From: Candidatus Dojkabacteria bacterium
Lineage (GTDB): Bacteria; Patescibacteriota; Dojkabacteria; SC72; JAHDCA01
Length of the DNA stretch: 64,000 bases
Direction of reading: 5' to 3'
Assembly: GCA_030583845.1 (NCBI GenBank)
Contig: CP129478.1
Location: 1,930-65,929, forward strand
The notes below the pieces were generated by a model that was given only the letters and a program-made list of their open reading frames with translations, ran no database searches and had not been told where the DNA came from. Below are positions 38,155 to 47,954 of the stretch, one piece after another. The translations under genes and the position numbers were made by a program. Numbering within the stretch: the first letter of the stretch is position 1; the number at the start of each line of letters is the position of its first letter.

Positions 38155-39549
38155 ATGAATAGCTCGCAAATTCCTATGAAATTTATGACTGTATTGCTTG
38201 CTGTGTTTGCATTTTTGGCTCTGCTTGGGTCACATGCTTATGCAGAAGGCGAAGCACAGCCCGAGGTAGCAACTGACCCACGAGAGAAGCTTGAACAAGA
38301 GCTTTTACTAACCCTACCAGAGGAAACCGAGAACCCAAACTTCTCTATAACCTTCACAGATCCATCAGGTCAGGGTGTGCATCTTACGATCGATAGCCAG
38401 AGCGAGATCACAATAAATAATCCGTACACATTGCCATCGCTTGGCATCGGCGAGCATATCTTAAAGTTTAGATTCACTGATAAATCAGGATCTGAGCAAA
38501 CTGTAGAAGACATTCTTATTATTACACCAAGGCCAACAGAGCTAAAGGCTCCAGAGATTGTAGATGGCCGGATACGCGTCTCAGGAGAGGCTGTAGCGCT
38601 AGCAGAGATCCAGCTATTTATTAGCGGGGGGAAGCTTACGGAGCGCGGTGAGGCCCTGGTAGGAGATGATGGTGTGTGGGTTCACACGTTTGAAGGTGAA
38701 TTTACACCAGGAATTTACACAGTTGTTGCTTATGTCAAAAAGGGAGGCTTTGCGAGTAACTATTCCGAGCCAAAAACATTCCAGATCGATGATGGCACAT
38801 CAGATCCAGTCGAGAATGTTGATACACCACAAGACGTTAGGTTTACGCTGTCTGACTTTGCTTTTTCTGATCTAAGTGTGAGAGGTCTTGCCAGCGACAT
38901 AAAGAACAACCCACAGTCTGGTGCTTTCCTCGGTGCTTTTGTGCTTTTTGGAGTAATTACCGGCATGATACTTGTGGCGGTATTTGCAAGGGGCAAGGAT
39001 AAATCAGCGGAAAAGATGCTGAAAGAGGCGTTCGCATCGAAAGGGCAATCAGGCAAGAAGAACGAGCCAGCTCCTAAAGCTGAAGAGAAGCCTTCTATCG
39101 CTAATAAGCTGGGCAAGAAAGATGCAGACTCGAAGAAAGAGGATAAAAAAGGCGATGAGCCTGTGAAGCAGGATAAAGAAAAGCATCTTGAAATCGACTT
39201 AGACAAAGAGGTAAAAGGCAAAGATAAGAAGGAGAAGAAAGCGGAGGCTGCTCCTGATAAACCAGAGAAGAAAGAATCACTATCCGAGAAATTAAAGAAA
39301 GCTGAGCTAGAGCTGTCAAAAGATGAGTTCCTCAAAGAGTATCAGGCATATGATCCCGACCCAAAGAAGGGTACAAAAGCCGAGAAGGATCAGAAAAAGA
39401 AGCAGGAAAAACCATCTGAGAAGCCTGTGAAGAAGGATAAGTCCAGTAAGAATGAGAAGAAAGAATCAAAAGATTCAACAGCTGAAGATAGAAACATAAA
39501 GATTACATTGACCTCCGAGTCATTGGGCAACGATAAGAGTAGCGAGTAA
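38155..39549 (+). CDS. Membrane-anchored protein: signal peptide, Ig-like ectodomain, single TM, ~180-aa Lys/Glu-rich low-complexity cytoplasmic tail
   Basis: TM AFLGAFVLFGVITGMILVAVFA followed by KEKKEDKK-type low complexity. Confidence 0.55.
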   Translation: MNSSQIPMKFMTVLLAVFAFLALLGSHAYAEGEAQPEVATDPREKLEQELLLTLPEETENPNFSITFTDPSGQGVHLTIDSQSEITINNPYTLPSLGIGEHILKFRFTDKSGSEQTVEDILIITPRPTELKAPEIVDGRIRVSGEAVALAEIQLFISGGKLTERGEALVGDDGVWVHTFEGEFTPGIYTVVAYVKKGGFASNYSEPKTFQIDDGTSDPVENVDTPQDVRFTLSDFAFSDLSVRGLASDIKNNPQSGAFLGAFVLFGVITGMILVAVFARGKDKSAEKMLKEAFASKGQSGKKNEPAPKAEEKPSIANKLGKKDADSKKEDKKGDEPVKQDKEKHLEIDLDKEVKGKDKKEKKAEAAPDKPEKKESLSEKLKKAELELSKDEFLKEYQAYDPDPKKGTKAEKDQKKKQEKPSEKPVKKDKSSKNEKKESKDSTAEDRNIKITLTSESLGNDKSSE

Positions 39550-39649
39550 TGCGACCACTTCAGATCAGTAAATCTTGTCTAGTCTGCACGAATGAGTTTA
39601 TGACACCTTAAGAGCCACTTTTGTGTCAATCACGACCCAAGTGGTCGGA

Positions 39650-41344
39650 TTATCTATCAATCTCCCAGTTCTGGATATCCCTAAACCGCTCGTGAGGATA
39701 TATAAACCCCTCCAAGCTTACATTCTTCACATAGTCGTTCATTATGATATGGTACTCGGGCTCAAATAGGACTATCGCTGGGACATCCTGACTAAGGTAC
39801 TTCTGGAATAGCTGGTAGTCTGTTGTCCTGGCTTCACGATCCTGGCTTACACGTGCTCTCTCAAGCAGGACGTCGACGCGGCTATACTCATAGCCCGATA
39901 CATTCAGGTCGGGGTACTGCTTCTTAGTAGAGTGCCAAAGGTTGTACTGGTCTGGATCAATATTTGTCTCTACCTCGAGCAGCAGCATCTCAAAATCGCG
40001 CGTAGCTAGCACCTCATTAACAAGCCTCCCATAATCCACGGCGCGAGTATCAAGCTGGATACCTACCTCTTTGAGCATTTCTGCTAGCTCTTTGATAAGC
40101 TCATTATTCTTCGGCTCGTCATGATATGTAATGGTTAGAGTCATGATATTGCCATCCTTATCCTTGTAATACTCTTCACCTTCAGCTTTGGTATATCCGG
40201 CTGCCTCGATAGATTTGACTGCAGATTCCAGGTTGAATTTATAATACACATCCTTGCTATTGAGTGCCCATGAATCAGACATCACTGGTGAGAATGAGGC
40301 GGAACCCTTGATTCCAGCCTGCTCAAGCAACCGATCCTTATCAATTGAGTATGAAATTGCTTTCCTCAACTCCAGCTGCTTAGTCTTCTCCTTATTCATA
40401 TTGAAATAGAGAAGCTTCTTATGGTTCTTCAGCTGCATGCTGTAAATAGAGGGCTTATACTCATTTACAAATTGGTATTGACCTTCTTCAAGCCCATTTA
40501 TACCATCGACCTGACGATTCATATAAACAACCTGGATATCCTCTGCGGTATCAAACAGGGAATACTCAATTGTCTCTATTGATGGCTTCTTACCATCGAA
40601 TGGGAATTGAGTATTTAACCTTAGGTCAATCCTATCCGGATGTAGCTCTATGATGGAGTACATCCCTGAGCCGACTGGAGGGACTCGCAATCCATATGTG
40701 AAAAACTCCTCTTCGTCCAATCCTTCCAGCAGGTGCTTAGGCACGACATAGAAAGATAAGGTCTCAAGCAAGGTGCTTGAGTATGTATCAAGCGTTACAA
40801 TCATTGTTCGATCGTCAACCTTGCTTACTGTTACACCGACAAGAGCATTGCCAAATGTATCAAATCTGCTGCTACCGGAGAGCTCCATCGCCTTCTGTAT
40901 AGTAAAAAGCACATCGTCAACTGTCACCTTCTCTCCATCATGCCAATAGTACTTATCACTAATCTTTATTCGTAGCTGCTTCCCATCTTCTTCAAACTCC
41001 CAAGACTCAGCAATAGCAGGCTGCGCCTCACCGTTTGGCGCAATATATAGAAGTTTCTCATAAACAAGTTGGTGGATATCTCTATCAATCTGATTCTGGT
41101 TGATATAGATCGGATTTAGTGTCACGACTTGCCCTACAGCAGCCTCTCGATAAAGAGTTGAAGATCCGTTATCGATCGCCAATAGACCCGATGGTTGAAG
41201 TCTGGCAAGATAGCCAAAAGTAGCTACTGCCAGCGCGAGGCTTACGACAATATAACCTACCGGCCTGGTTGCCGAAAAGAATCTGGCAAAACCATCAGGA
41301 TACCCCCAAACCCATTCCCTGAAATTGTAGGCTGATAGCGACAT
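39650..41344 (-). CDS. ABC transporter substrate-binding protein, family 5 (oligopeptide/nickel type)
   Basis: N-terminal TM anchor; overall SBP_bac_5 architecture and conserved motifs. Confidence 0.8.
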   Translation of the reverse strand: MSLSAYNFREWVWGYPDGFARFFSATRPVGYIVVSLALAVATFGYLARLQPSGLLAIDNGSSTLYREAAVGQVVTLNPIYINQNQIDRDIHQLVYEKLLYIAPNGEAQPAIAESWEFEEDGKQLRIKISDKYYWHDGEKVTVDDVLFTIQKAMELSGSSRFDTFGNALVGVTVSKVDDRTMIVTLDTYSSTLLETLSFYVVPKHLLEGLDEEEFFTYGLRVPPVGSGMYSIIELHPDRIDLRLNTQFPFDGKKPSIETIEYSLFDTAEDIQVVYMNRQVDGINGLEEGQYQFVNEYKPSIYSMQLKNHKKLLYFNMNKEKTKQLELRKAISYSIDKDRLLEQAGIKGSASFSPVMSDSWALNSKDVYYKFNLESAVKSIEAAGYTKAEGEEYYKDKDGNIMTLTITYHDEPKNNELIKELAEMLKEVGIQLDTRAVDYGRLVNEVLATRDFEMLLLEVETNIDPDQYNLWHSTKKQYPDLNVSGYEYSRVDVLLERARVSQDREARTTDYQLFQKYLSQDVPAIVLFEPEYHIIMNDYVKNVSLEGFIYPHERFRDIQNWEIDR

Positions 41345-41376
41345 CGCTTTTAAGAAGAAATCTCAACTAACTATTC

Positions 41377-41610
41377 TTATTGAGTATACTTTACTATTAT
41401 AAAAGAGAGTGTAGCAAGTAGTACTGCGAGAATAATAGTTGCGTAGTACAGTAGCTTTTCAAATCCTCGCTTAGTTCTATAAACCTCTCCACCTCCTCCA
41501 AACATCTGGCCTAAACCCTCTGCTCGATTCTGTAGAAGGATCGATACTACCAAAAGGACTGCCACGACAATCTCAATTCCCATCAATACGTTCAACACTT
41601 GGTCATTCAT
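41377..41610 (-). CDS. secG: Preprotein translocase subunit SecG
   Basis: 77 aa, two TM helices flanking a Gly-rich loop (GQMFGGGGEV). Confidence 0.75.
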   Translation of the reverse strand: MNDQVLNVLMGIEIVVAVLLVVSILLQNRAEGLGQMFGGGGEVYRTKRGFEKLLYYATIILAVLLATLSFIIVKYTQ

Positions 41611-41733
41611 GCTATCTGAAACAAAATTTAAACATGCAGTGCATACTCATTATTAATAGTCGAGTATACATTCCATAGATGAAAAATTGATTAACTCGCT
41701 TATTAATCGGGTACATTATAACCCCGACCAATT

Positions 41734-42150
41734 TTATTTGTCGAGTCGCGATACACTATTAACTAGTGCGTAGACCAGACCGGTTGTTAGCGACACTAGA
41801 ATAATTGTGCCGACCTTCGTGAGGGTAAAGTCTTGAATAGTAATGAATTCGAGATTCTGAGCTGAGAGTACAATATTATTCACATGCAATCCAGGCATTG
41901 TATAGTCTAGTATGTAGAGCCCTGCTCCAACTAAAATAGAGATCGTAAGGAAGATTGTAAGAAAAACCCTTGATACCGTCAGAAAAATTAGAATATTCTT
42001 ATGCACTAGTACCAGTAAACTCATCAGAACCATGAAAAGTAACGTATAGAAAATATCCTCAGGTAGCGTTATTGCGTCGTAAATCGAGAAAGAGAAGTAA
42101 AATATTAAAAAGCTGATGATAATGTTGTAAAGTATGGCCCGTACTTCCAT
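41734..42150 (-). CDS. Hypothetical polytopic membrane protein
   Basis: 138 aa, 4 hydrophobic segments. Confidence 0.4.
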   Translation of the reverse strand: MEVRAILYNIIISFLIFYFSFSIYDAITLPEDIFYTLLFMVLMSLLVLVHKNILIFLTVSRVFLTIFLTISILVGAGLYILDYTMPGLHVNNIVLSAQNLEFITIQDFTLTKVGTIILVSLTTGLVYALVNSVSRLDK

Positions 42151-42226
42151 ATTCTGGGACAGTGAAATTAGTACGCTATGAACAGATTTAGTGTAGTATA
42201 ATTATTAAGATCTATCAACAAATTTA

Positions 42227-43639
42227 ATGCACGAGCTTCCAAAAACCAAAATTATCGCCACAATTGGGCCTTCCACATGGGACGATGACACTCTCACAGA
42301 GATGATAAATTACGGATTTACAGTTGCCCGTGTTAACGCATCTTTTGCAGATTTTGACGAGCAGGAGCGTGTAATCACTCAGCTGAGACGCCTTTCACCC
42401 AAGGTGGCAGTGATGCTAGATACCATGGGCCATAAGGTTCGTGTAACCGGCTTTGATAAAGATAGAGTAATCGCGCCGGGCGATGAAATTATCTTGCTAT
42501 CAGAGAAAAACAAATCAAAGAAGCGCAACAGCATCAAAGTAACATACCCAACCCTCGAGAAAGATGTCACACGCAACACCAAAATCCTGATCGACGACGG
42601 CAACATTGAGCTAAAGGTCAAAGACATCGTGGGCAAAGAGGTTGTTTGCGAGGTGATACACGGCGGGGTGCTCAAGAAGCGCAAAACCGTCAATGTGCCA
42701 GGCGTCCATCTTAACTTCCCAGCATTGAGCGAGAAAGATGAAACAGACATTAAAAATGCGGTAAAACTAGGTTATGATTTCATCTCTGCTTCATTTGTAC
42801 GCAACTTGGAAGATGTGAAACTGGTGCGAGAGGCGATGGGTAAGTCAGATCTTAAGTTAATCGCTAAAATCGAAGACTACGAGGGTGTTAGAAATTTCGA
42901 CAAGATCTTAGAGAAAGTCGACGGTATCATGGTTGCACGAGGCGATCTAGGCGTAGAGCTGCCTTTAGAAGAGGTGCCAATCCTCCAGAAGCAGTTTATC
43001 CAGAAATGCAGGATGAAAGGGAAGATCGTCATTGTCGCAACACAGATGCTCGAGTCAATGCGAGAAAGCACTCGCCCGACCCGCGCGGAGACTAGCGATG
43101 TAGCGAATGCCGTGATGGATGGTGCAGATGCAGTAATGCTCTCTGCAGAGACTTCTACAGGCAAGAACCCTGTTGAGACTGTTAAGCACATGGCTAGGAT
43201 CGCCAAGAGAGCTGAAGAGGTGCTCCGCCCACAGATCGTAGAAGGACGAACTGACGCTTACGAGATTTCAGATATTATATGCAAACATCTTTTTGGTATA
43301 ACGGAAGAAGTAGCGCTTAAAGGAGTTATAATTTTCAGCGATTCCGGTAATACCGTGAAGTCGCTTGCGCGTCATAGACTTAACATCCCTATCTGGTGCG
43401 TCAGCAACAACCATAAAATCATCCGCCAACAGCAGATGATCCGTGGCGTTACTGGCATTTATGTCGAAAATATGGAGAGCGACAGAGACGAAATCGCCAA
43501 GCATGCTGTATCAGCTATTTATGGCCGCGGTTACTTGGAAATGGGAGATAAAGTTGCTATTATTAGCGGAGGTACAGTACATAATCGAAGATATAACACT
43601 ATCCTCGAAATTCTCGAGGTTCAGGCAGTCTTGGAATAG
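42227..43639 (+). CDS. pyk: Pyruvate kinase
   Basis: TKIIATIGPS, MVARGDLGVE and C-terminal regulatory domain. Confidence 0.95.
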   Translation: MHELPKTKIIATIGPSTWDDDTLTEMINYGFTVARVNASFADFDEQERVITQLRRLSPKVAVMLDTMGHKVRVTGFDKDRVIAPGDEIILLSEKNKSKKRNSIKVTYPTLEKDVTRNTKILIDDGNIELKVKDIVGKEVVCEVIHGGVLKKRKTVNVPGVHLNFPALSEKDETDIKNAVKLGYDFISASFVRNLEDVKLVREAMGKSDLKLIAKIEDYEGVRNFDKILEKVDGIMVARGDLGVELPLEEVPILQKQFIQKCRMKGKIVIVATQMLESMRESTRPTRAETSDVANAVMDGADAVMLSAETSTGKNPVETVKHMARIAKRAEEVLRPQIVEGRTDAYEISDIICKHLFGITEEVALKGVIIFSDSGNTVKSLARHRLNIPIWCVSNNHKIIRQQQMIRGVTGIYVENMESDRDEIAKHAVSAIYGRGYLEMGDKVAIISGGTVHNRRYNTILEILEVQAVLE

Positions 43640-43675
43640 CCAGCCACGAAATTTGTACTTACCCACTGTTTACCC

Positions 43676-44098
43676 AGTTCACGAGGAGAGTAAAGTACCT
43701 CACTCAGGGATGGTATTATAGTGGAGCACCATTTTTTATTTAACTTTTTGTGAACGTTGAAATTAAATTCGATGCCATTTTTTAGAATACATTTTATGAA
43801 CGTTAAGTGATCTACGATCACAGTGAGCAGAGCAGTGGCGGTAAAGATAAGCGAACAAGGATGTTTAGGTTACAATTTTATGAACGTAAAGAGATCTCTA
43901 TCTCGGTGAGGGAGAAGTTAACTCAGGAATGGTATATAGTGGAGCACCATCTTTTATTTAACTTTTTGTGAACGTTAAGTGATCTACGATCACAGTGAGC
44001 AGAGTAGTGGCGGTAAAGATAGCGAACAAGGATGTTTAGGTTACAATTTTATGAACGTAAAGAGATCTCTGATCTCAGTGAATAAAATTGTAACCTAA
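43676..44098. repeat. Tandem direct repeat, about 2.2 copies of a ~175-220 bp unit, filling the pyk-tRNA intergenic region; unit 1 carries a 46-bp internal duplication
   Basis: Copy 1 (~43697-43916) and copy 2 (~43917-44098) align at ~90% identity. The motif TT(G/A)TGAACGT(T/A)AAG(T/A)GATC recurs 5 times. There is an internal palindrome GTGATCtacGATCAC. A 20-bp inverted repeat (44026-44045 / 44079-44098) ends 1 nt before tRNA-Cys. Confidence 0.8.
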
Positions 44099-44099
44099 A

Positions 44100-44172
44100 C
44101 ATCTGGTCGTGTAGCCAAGCTGGTAAGGCAAGAGTCTGCAAAACTCTGATGCGCGGGTTCGAATCCCGCCAC
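44100..44172 (+). tRNA. tRNA-Cys (anticodon GCA)
   Basis: Manual cloverleaf fold: acceptor GGTCGTG/CACGACC, anticodon loop CTGCAAA, T-arm GCGGG-TTCGAAT-CCCGC, discriminator U; CCA not encoded. Confidence 0.9.
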
Positions 44173-44196
44173 GACCTTATTTAATAAAGAGAAACT

Positions 44197-44280
44197 GCTA
44201 AGCCGGGGTGGTGGAATAGGCAGACACGCGGGACTTAAAATCCCGTGCTAGCAATAGCGTGCGGGTTCGATTCCCGCCCT
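44197..44280 (+). tRNA. tRNA-Leu (anticodon TAA), type II with long variable arm
   Basis: Acceptor GCCGGGG/CCTCGGC (one G-U), anticodon loop CTTAAAA, T-arm GCGGG-TTCGATT-CCCGC, discriminator A. Confidence 0.9.
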
Positions 44281-44304
44281 CGGCACATTTCCTAAGTATT
44301 GAGA

Positions 44305-44640
44305 CTAATTTGTATCGGTAAACCGATCTGGGTCTGCATTGCCGCAGCGTGGGCAACTGTTTAGAGGCTTCTGCCCTTCATATACATAGTTACATTGTAA
44401 GCATTTCCAGTTTCTCCATCGGGCATCTAGGTCTTCTGGCATGACCTTGTCTGTAAGAAGTGGATCGTCTGTGACGGCTCCATCTGCAGCTGGAGCAACT
44501 GGCTGTACTGGAGCCTGTGCGGCTGGAGCAGGGGCAGCGGGTGTCTGAGCGTTTGGCAGAGTTGTGCTGGGAGGCGTACCCATAGACGGGGTACTTGGTG
44601 TATTCGTAACGGTTGGGTTAATCGGAGAGGTATTTTCCAT
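44305..44640 (-). CDS. Pro/Thr/Ala-rich protein with C-terminal CxxC...CxxC zinc-ribbon
   Basis: KCLQCNYVYEG...CPRCG; the N-terminal 60 aa are low-complexity P/T/A. Confidence 0.5.
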   Translation of the reverse strand: MENTSPINPTVTNTPSTPSMGTPPSTTLPNAQTPAAPAPAAQAPVQPVAPAADGAVTDDPLLTDKVMPEDLDARWRNWKCLQCNYVYEGQKPLNSCPRCGNADPDRFTDTN

Positions 44641-45250
44641 CGTAGATTAATGTTAAAAGTTTATTGAAAGTATCGCCTGCGTTATATGCAGTCGAGTTAA
44701 ATACTATGTCGTTGTACTTGCTAGGATCTGAGCAGTCTACCTGGTATTTTTTCGTAATTCTTTTGGTCTCCTTGAGCAGATCTGTTTCAAGCGATGTGAC
44801 AACCTCCTTGAACATCTTGCTTTCAGTAGAGAGTTTTTTGCCAATGTCTAGTTTGTGGACGCGGTGGAGGTATCGCCTTGCGCGCTTATCGATGTCTACT
44901 TCAAGCCAGATCCTGACGGTACAGGCGATTTTCAGCTTGTGGGCGATGACAGCGAAATACCTACTTTCAATAATCAGATTGTGCCATGAGCTGGCTTGGA
45001 TTAGCTTGTCATCAAGCATCGAATATAGCTCCTCATAATGCTCATTGTAGTAGTCCGACAGGAGGAATTTATTAAAAGAGGAGTAGCCATTTTGGGCTGC
45101 AATATCCCGAAGAATTACCTCATCTGAGAACAGATGCATACCTAGGTTTCGCGCCATCATCTTGGAGATAGTGGACGCGCCAGCTCCTTCGTGACCACCT
45201 ACCACGATTAGATAACCCATATCTTTCGGTCTGCTATCCCGGACAGGCAC
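44618..45250 (-). CDS. P-loop NTPase of the cytidylate-kinase-like family with a degenerate Walker A (GGHEGAGAST, no Lys)
   Basis: Probable start MGYLIVVGG (about 45220); overall nucleoside-monophosphate kinase-like layout. Confidence 0.55.
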   Translation of the reverse strand: MPVRDSRPKDMGYLIVVGGHEGAGASTISKMMARNLGMHLFSDEVILRDIAAQNGYSSFNKFLLSDYYNEHYEELYSMLDDKLIQASSWHNLIIESRYFAVIAHKLKIACTVRIWLEVDIDKRARRYLHRVHKLDIGKKLSTESKMFKEVVTSLETDLLKETKRITKKYQVDCSDPSKYNDIVFNSTAYNAGDTFNKLLTLIYDGKYLSD

Positions 45251-45416
45251 TTTGCATCCCCACTGAATTTACCTAGTAGCGATAGATACTCCACACGTAG
45301 TTAGACGTATCTACCTGTCATATTAATCAATTCATTTTGTAAAGTAAATCACCAGCAGTTAGCCGGGGATGGTTTGTATAGGGAACTTTAGTATGGAATG
45401 TGCTAATCTAGTTGAG

Positions 45417-46637
45417 ATGAAACCTATGGCACGCAAAAAACCAAAAAAACGCCTGATCGAAGCATCAAAGCCACATGCTCCAAATATGACAATACTGGCT
45501 TTCACCATAGCTATGGTAACTTTCGGTGCGATAATGATCTTTGACTCGAGCATCTACATCGCCAACAATCCACCTTTTAATGATCAGTTTCACTTCTTGC
45601 GACTCCATCTGATCTGGCTACTGATAGGGGTGATCCCTGCATCATTAATCTACTTCTGGGACTATAGAAAATTCGTGAAGCTTGCTTTTCCAGCTTTGAT
45701 TGTGGTTATTGTAATGCTTGTAGCAGTCTTGCTCCAACCAGGCGACGCGAACGGTTCCAAGAGGTGGTTGCAAATAGGATTTGAGCAGCTAGTTGTGCAA
45801 CCCGCAGAGCTGCTAAAACCAGTCTTCATACTTTTTCTAGCCGGATGGCTGGCAAAAGAGCGCAAACAGTATAAATCCTTTAACGAGGCATTCCGGTACG
45901 GTTTTGGGCAGAAGCTTATCGGATTCGCAGTGCTGCTTGGTACTGTATTAGCGCTTGTGCTGCTTGAACCAGATCTTGGGACTACGATGATTATCTGCGC
46001 AACAGCCTTTATAATTTTTTATGTTTCAGGAACCGATTCGGCTCACATAGTTGGATCGGGTATTGTAAGTGGTGTGCTTGTCCTTCTTGCTGCTGCTGCA
46101 GCGGTTCTAGCTCCATATCGACTTGAGAGGGTTAAAACCTATTTTCATCTTCTATTAACTGGCGAGGTGAAAGATAGCTCAGATACTGGATACCAAGTTA
46201 TGCAGATATTGATAGGAATTGGATCTGCAGGATTTTGGGGTAAAGGCTTCGGGCAATCAAGGCAGCGTTTTGCCTATCTTGTCGAAAATACAGCATTTAC
46301 TGATTCAATATTTGCAGTGATATTAGAGGAGTTGGGCATGCTTGGAGGGATTCTTCTAATCCTGAGCTGGATACTGTTTTTAGCGGCTGGGTTCAAAATT
46401 GCCGAAGCCGCACCAGATCGAACAGGCAAATTGCTTGCGATTGGTATAACTGTCTGGCTTACACTTCAGGCTTTGCTAAATATGGCCGCAAATGTCGGTT
46501 TAATTCCGCTTACAGGTATTCCACTGCCATTTGTGACATATGGTGGATCTGGAACTATCGTGGCTTTGATCGGATCTGCTATACTTCTCAATATAAGTAG
46601 ATTTACGGTAGAGAAGAAGTCCAATGCAATCATCTAA
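45417..46637 (+). CDS. ftsW: SEDS-family peptidoglycan glycosyltransferase FtsW/RodA
   Basis: 10 TM; FTDSIFAVILEELGMLGG and C-terminal PLPFVTYGGSG motifs; start chosen at ATG 45417 (MKPMARKK). Confidence 0.85.
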   Translation: MKPMARKKPKKRLIEASKPHAPNMTILAFTIAMVTFGAIMIFDSSIYIANNPPFNDQFHFLRLHLIWLLIGVIPASLIYFWDYRKFVKLAFPALIVVIVMLVAVLLQPGDANGSKRWLQIGFEQLVVQPAELLKPVFILFLAGWLAKERKQYKSFNEAFRYGFGQKLIGFAVLLGTVLALVLLEPDLGTTMIICATAFIIFYVSGTDSAHIVGSGIVSGVLVLLAAAAAVLAPYRLERVKTYFHLLLTGEVKDSSDTGYQVMQILIGIGSAGFWGKGFGQSRQRFAYLVENTAFTDSIFAVILEELGMLGGILLILSWILFLAAGFKIAEAAPDRTGKLLAIGITVWLTLQALLNMAANVGLIPLTGIPLPFVTYGGSGTIVALIGSAILLNISRFTVEKKSNAII

Positions 46638-47820
46638 TTCAAATCGCCCCTCTAGCACTCTCACAAAGAGAATCCTCATTACAGGTGGTGGATCAGGTGG
46701 CCATATCTCTGCTGCGACTGCGATAATTGATGGGCTAAAGGGTCGATACAGCAATGCCACTGAGCAGATACTTTATGTCGGTGGTAAATTGGGCATGGAG
46801 GGTGAGAAGAACGGCACAAGCCTCGAGCAGCGGATTTTCAAAGACTCAGACATCAAATTTGTAGCCATCAGGGCGGGAAAGCTTCAACGTTACCTCTCAT
46901 GGAATAGCATTAAGCTTCTTCTGGGCGTTTTTGGCGGTGTGATCGACGCAAGAAAGGTAATTAAAGAGTATAAGCCCGACATTGTGATCTCTACAGGAGG
47001 TTATGTAACAGTTCCGGTATGCTTTATTGCATGGCTGAACAAGATACCTGTATACATTCATGAACAGACTGCAGCCGTGGGTCTTACCAATAAGACAACA
47101 TCAAAGTTCGCTAGAAGGATCTACACCTCCTTCCCATCTTCAGAGCAATACTTTCCAAGGAAGAAGGTCTTGCATGTCGGCAATGCTGTACGCGAGAAGG
47201 TTTTTATGACCGATGGTCAGGGAGAGGTGGTTGATGCGGTTAGGGATATGCAGCAAGATAGGTCAAAGCTGCCGATTTTGTTATTTACCGGTGGTGGCCA
47301 GGGATCACATAAGCTCAATATCACCGTGCGCCAGATGGTTCCCTACATAGTCGAAGAGTTTCAGGTAATTATCCAAACTGGGCAAAATGAGCTAAATAAA
47401 GATTATGACCTACTGCTAAAAGAGAGGGCTAAGCTTACAGATGAGAAAAAGAGACGATTCTTCCCTGTGAAGTATATTGATGCAGACCAGATCGGCTACC
47501 TGTTTGATAACATTGATATGCATATCGGCAGGGCAGGGGCGAACTTTGTGTATGAGATGGGTGTCTTAAAAATCCCATCAATCTTTATACCGCTGCCATT
47601 TGTGACACACAACGAGCAGGAGAAGAATGCACAGACCTTGGTACAGTTCGGGATAGCGAAAATATTGCCAGAGGGTGAGCTTACTTCAGAAAGGCTTTTT
47701 AATGAGATTAAAAAGTTTAATTCCGAAATTAAAAAAGGTCTCACTGTTGACACTGCCGGCCTAGAATCCACTTTCAGGACGGACGCTGTGGAGAAGATCT
47801 TGGCAGACCTCGACCTTTAG
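46624..47820 (+). CDS. murG: Undecaprenyldiphospho-muramoylpentapeptide beta-N-acetylglucosaminyltransferase MurG
   Basis: ILITGGGSGGHISAATAI G-loop 1 and C-terminal GT-B domain motifs. Confidence 0.9.
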   Translation: MQSSNSNRPSSTLTKRILITGGGSGGHISAATAIIDGLKGRYSNATEQILYVGGKLGMEGEKNGTSLEQRIFKDSDIKFVAIRAGKLQRYLSWNSIKLLLGVFGGVIDARKVIKEYKPDIVISTGGYVTVPVCFIAWLNKIPVYIHEQTAAVGLTNKTTSKFARRIYTSFPSSEQYFPRKKVLHVGNAVREKVFMTDGQGEVVDAVRDMQQDRSKLPILLFTGGGQGSHKLNITVRQMVPYIVEEFQVIIQTGQNELNKDYDLLLKERAKLTDEKKRRFFPVKYIDADQIGYLFDNIDMHIGRAGANFVYEMGVLKIPSIFIPLPFVTHNEQEKNAQTLVQFGIAKILPEGELTSERLFNEIKKFNSEIKKGLTVDTAGLESTFRTDAVEKILADLDL

Positions 47821-47954
47821 CACTCATCACCACCGCTTGCTAACACACCATTCCCAGTGATAGAATATCTGACAAGAGGTTAGCACAAACTATGGCTTTC
47901 CTACATCGTTTCGTGCTACTTTAGTAGATATAGTTATTTAAAAGTATTGCTCCT

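Noticed and set aside
38760-39335. 191-aa minus-strand ORF opposite the Lys/Glu-rich tail region
   Set aside because: Antisense to the low-complexity GAA/AAG-rich coding sequence, which trivially yields an open Ser/Phe-rich reverse frame.
43676-44098. Whether the pyk-tRNA repeat region is a CRISPR array
   Set aside because: The repeat units are ~200 bp, not 24-48 bp; there are no unique spacers; and no cas genes are nearby. It is a tandem duplication, not a CRISPR array.
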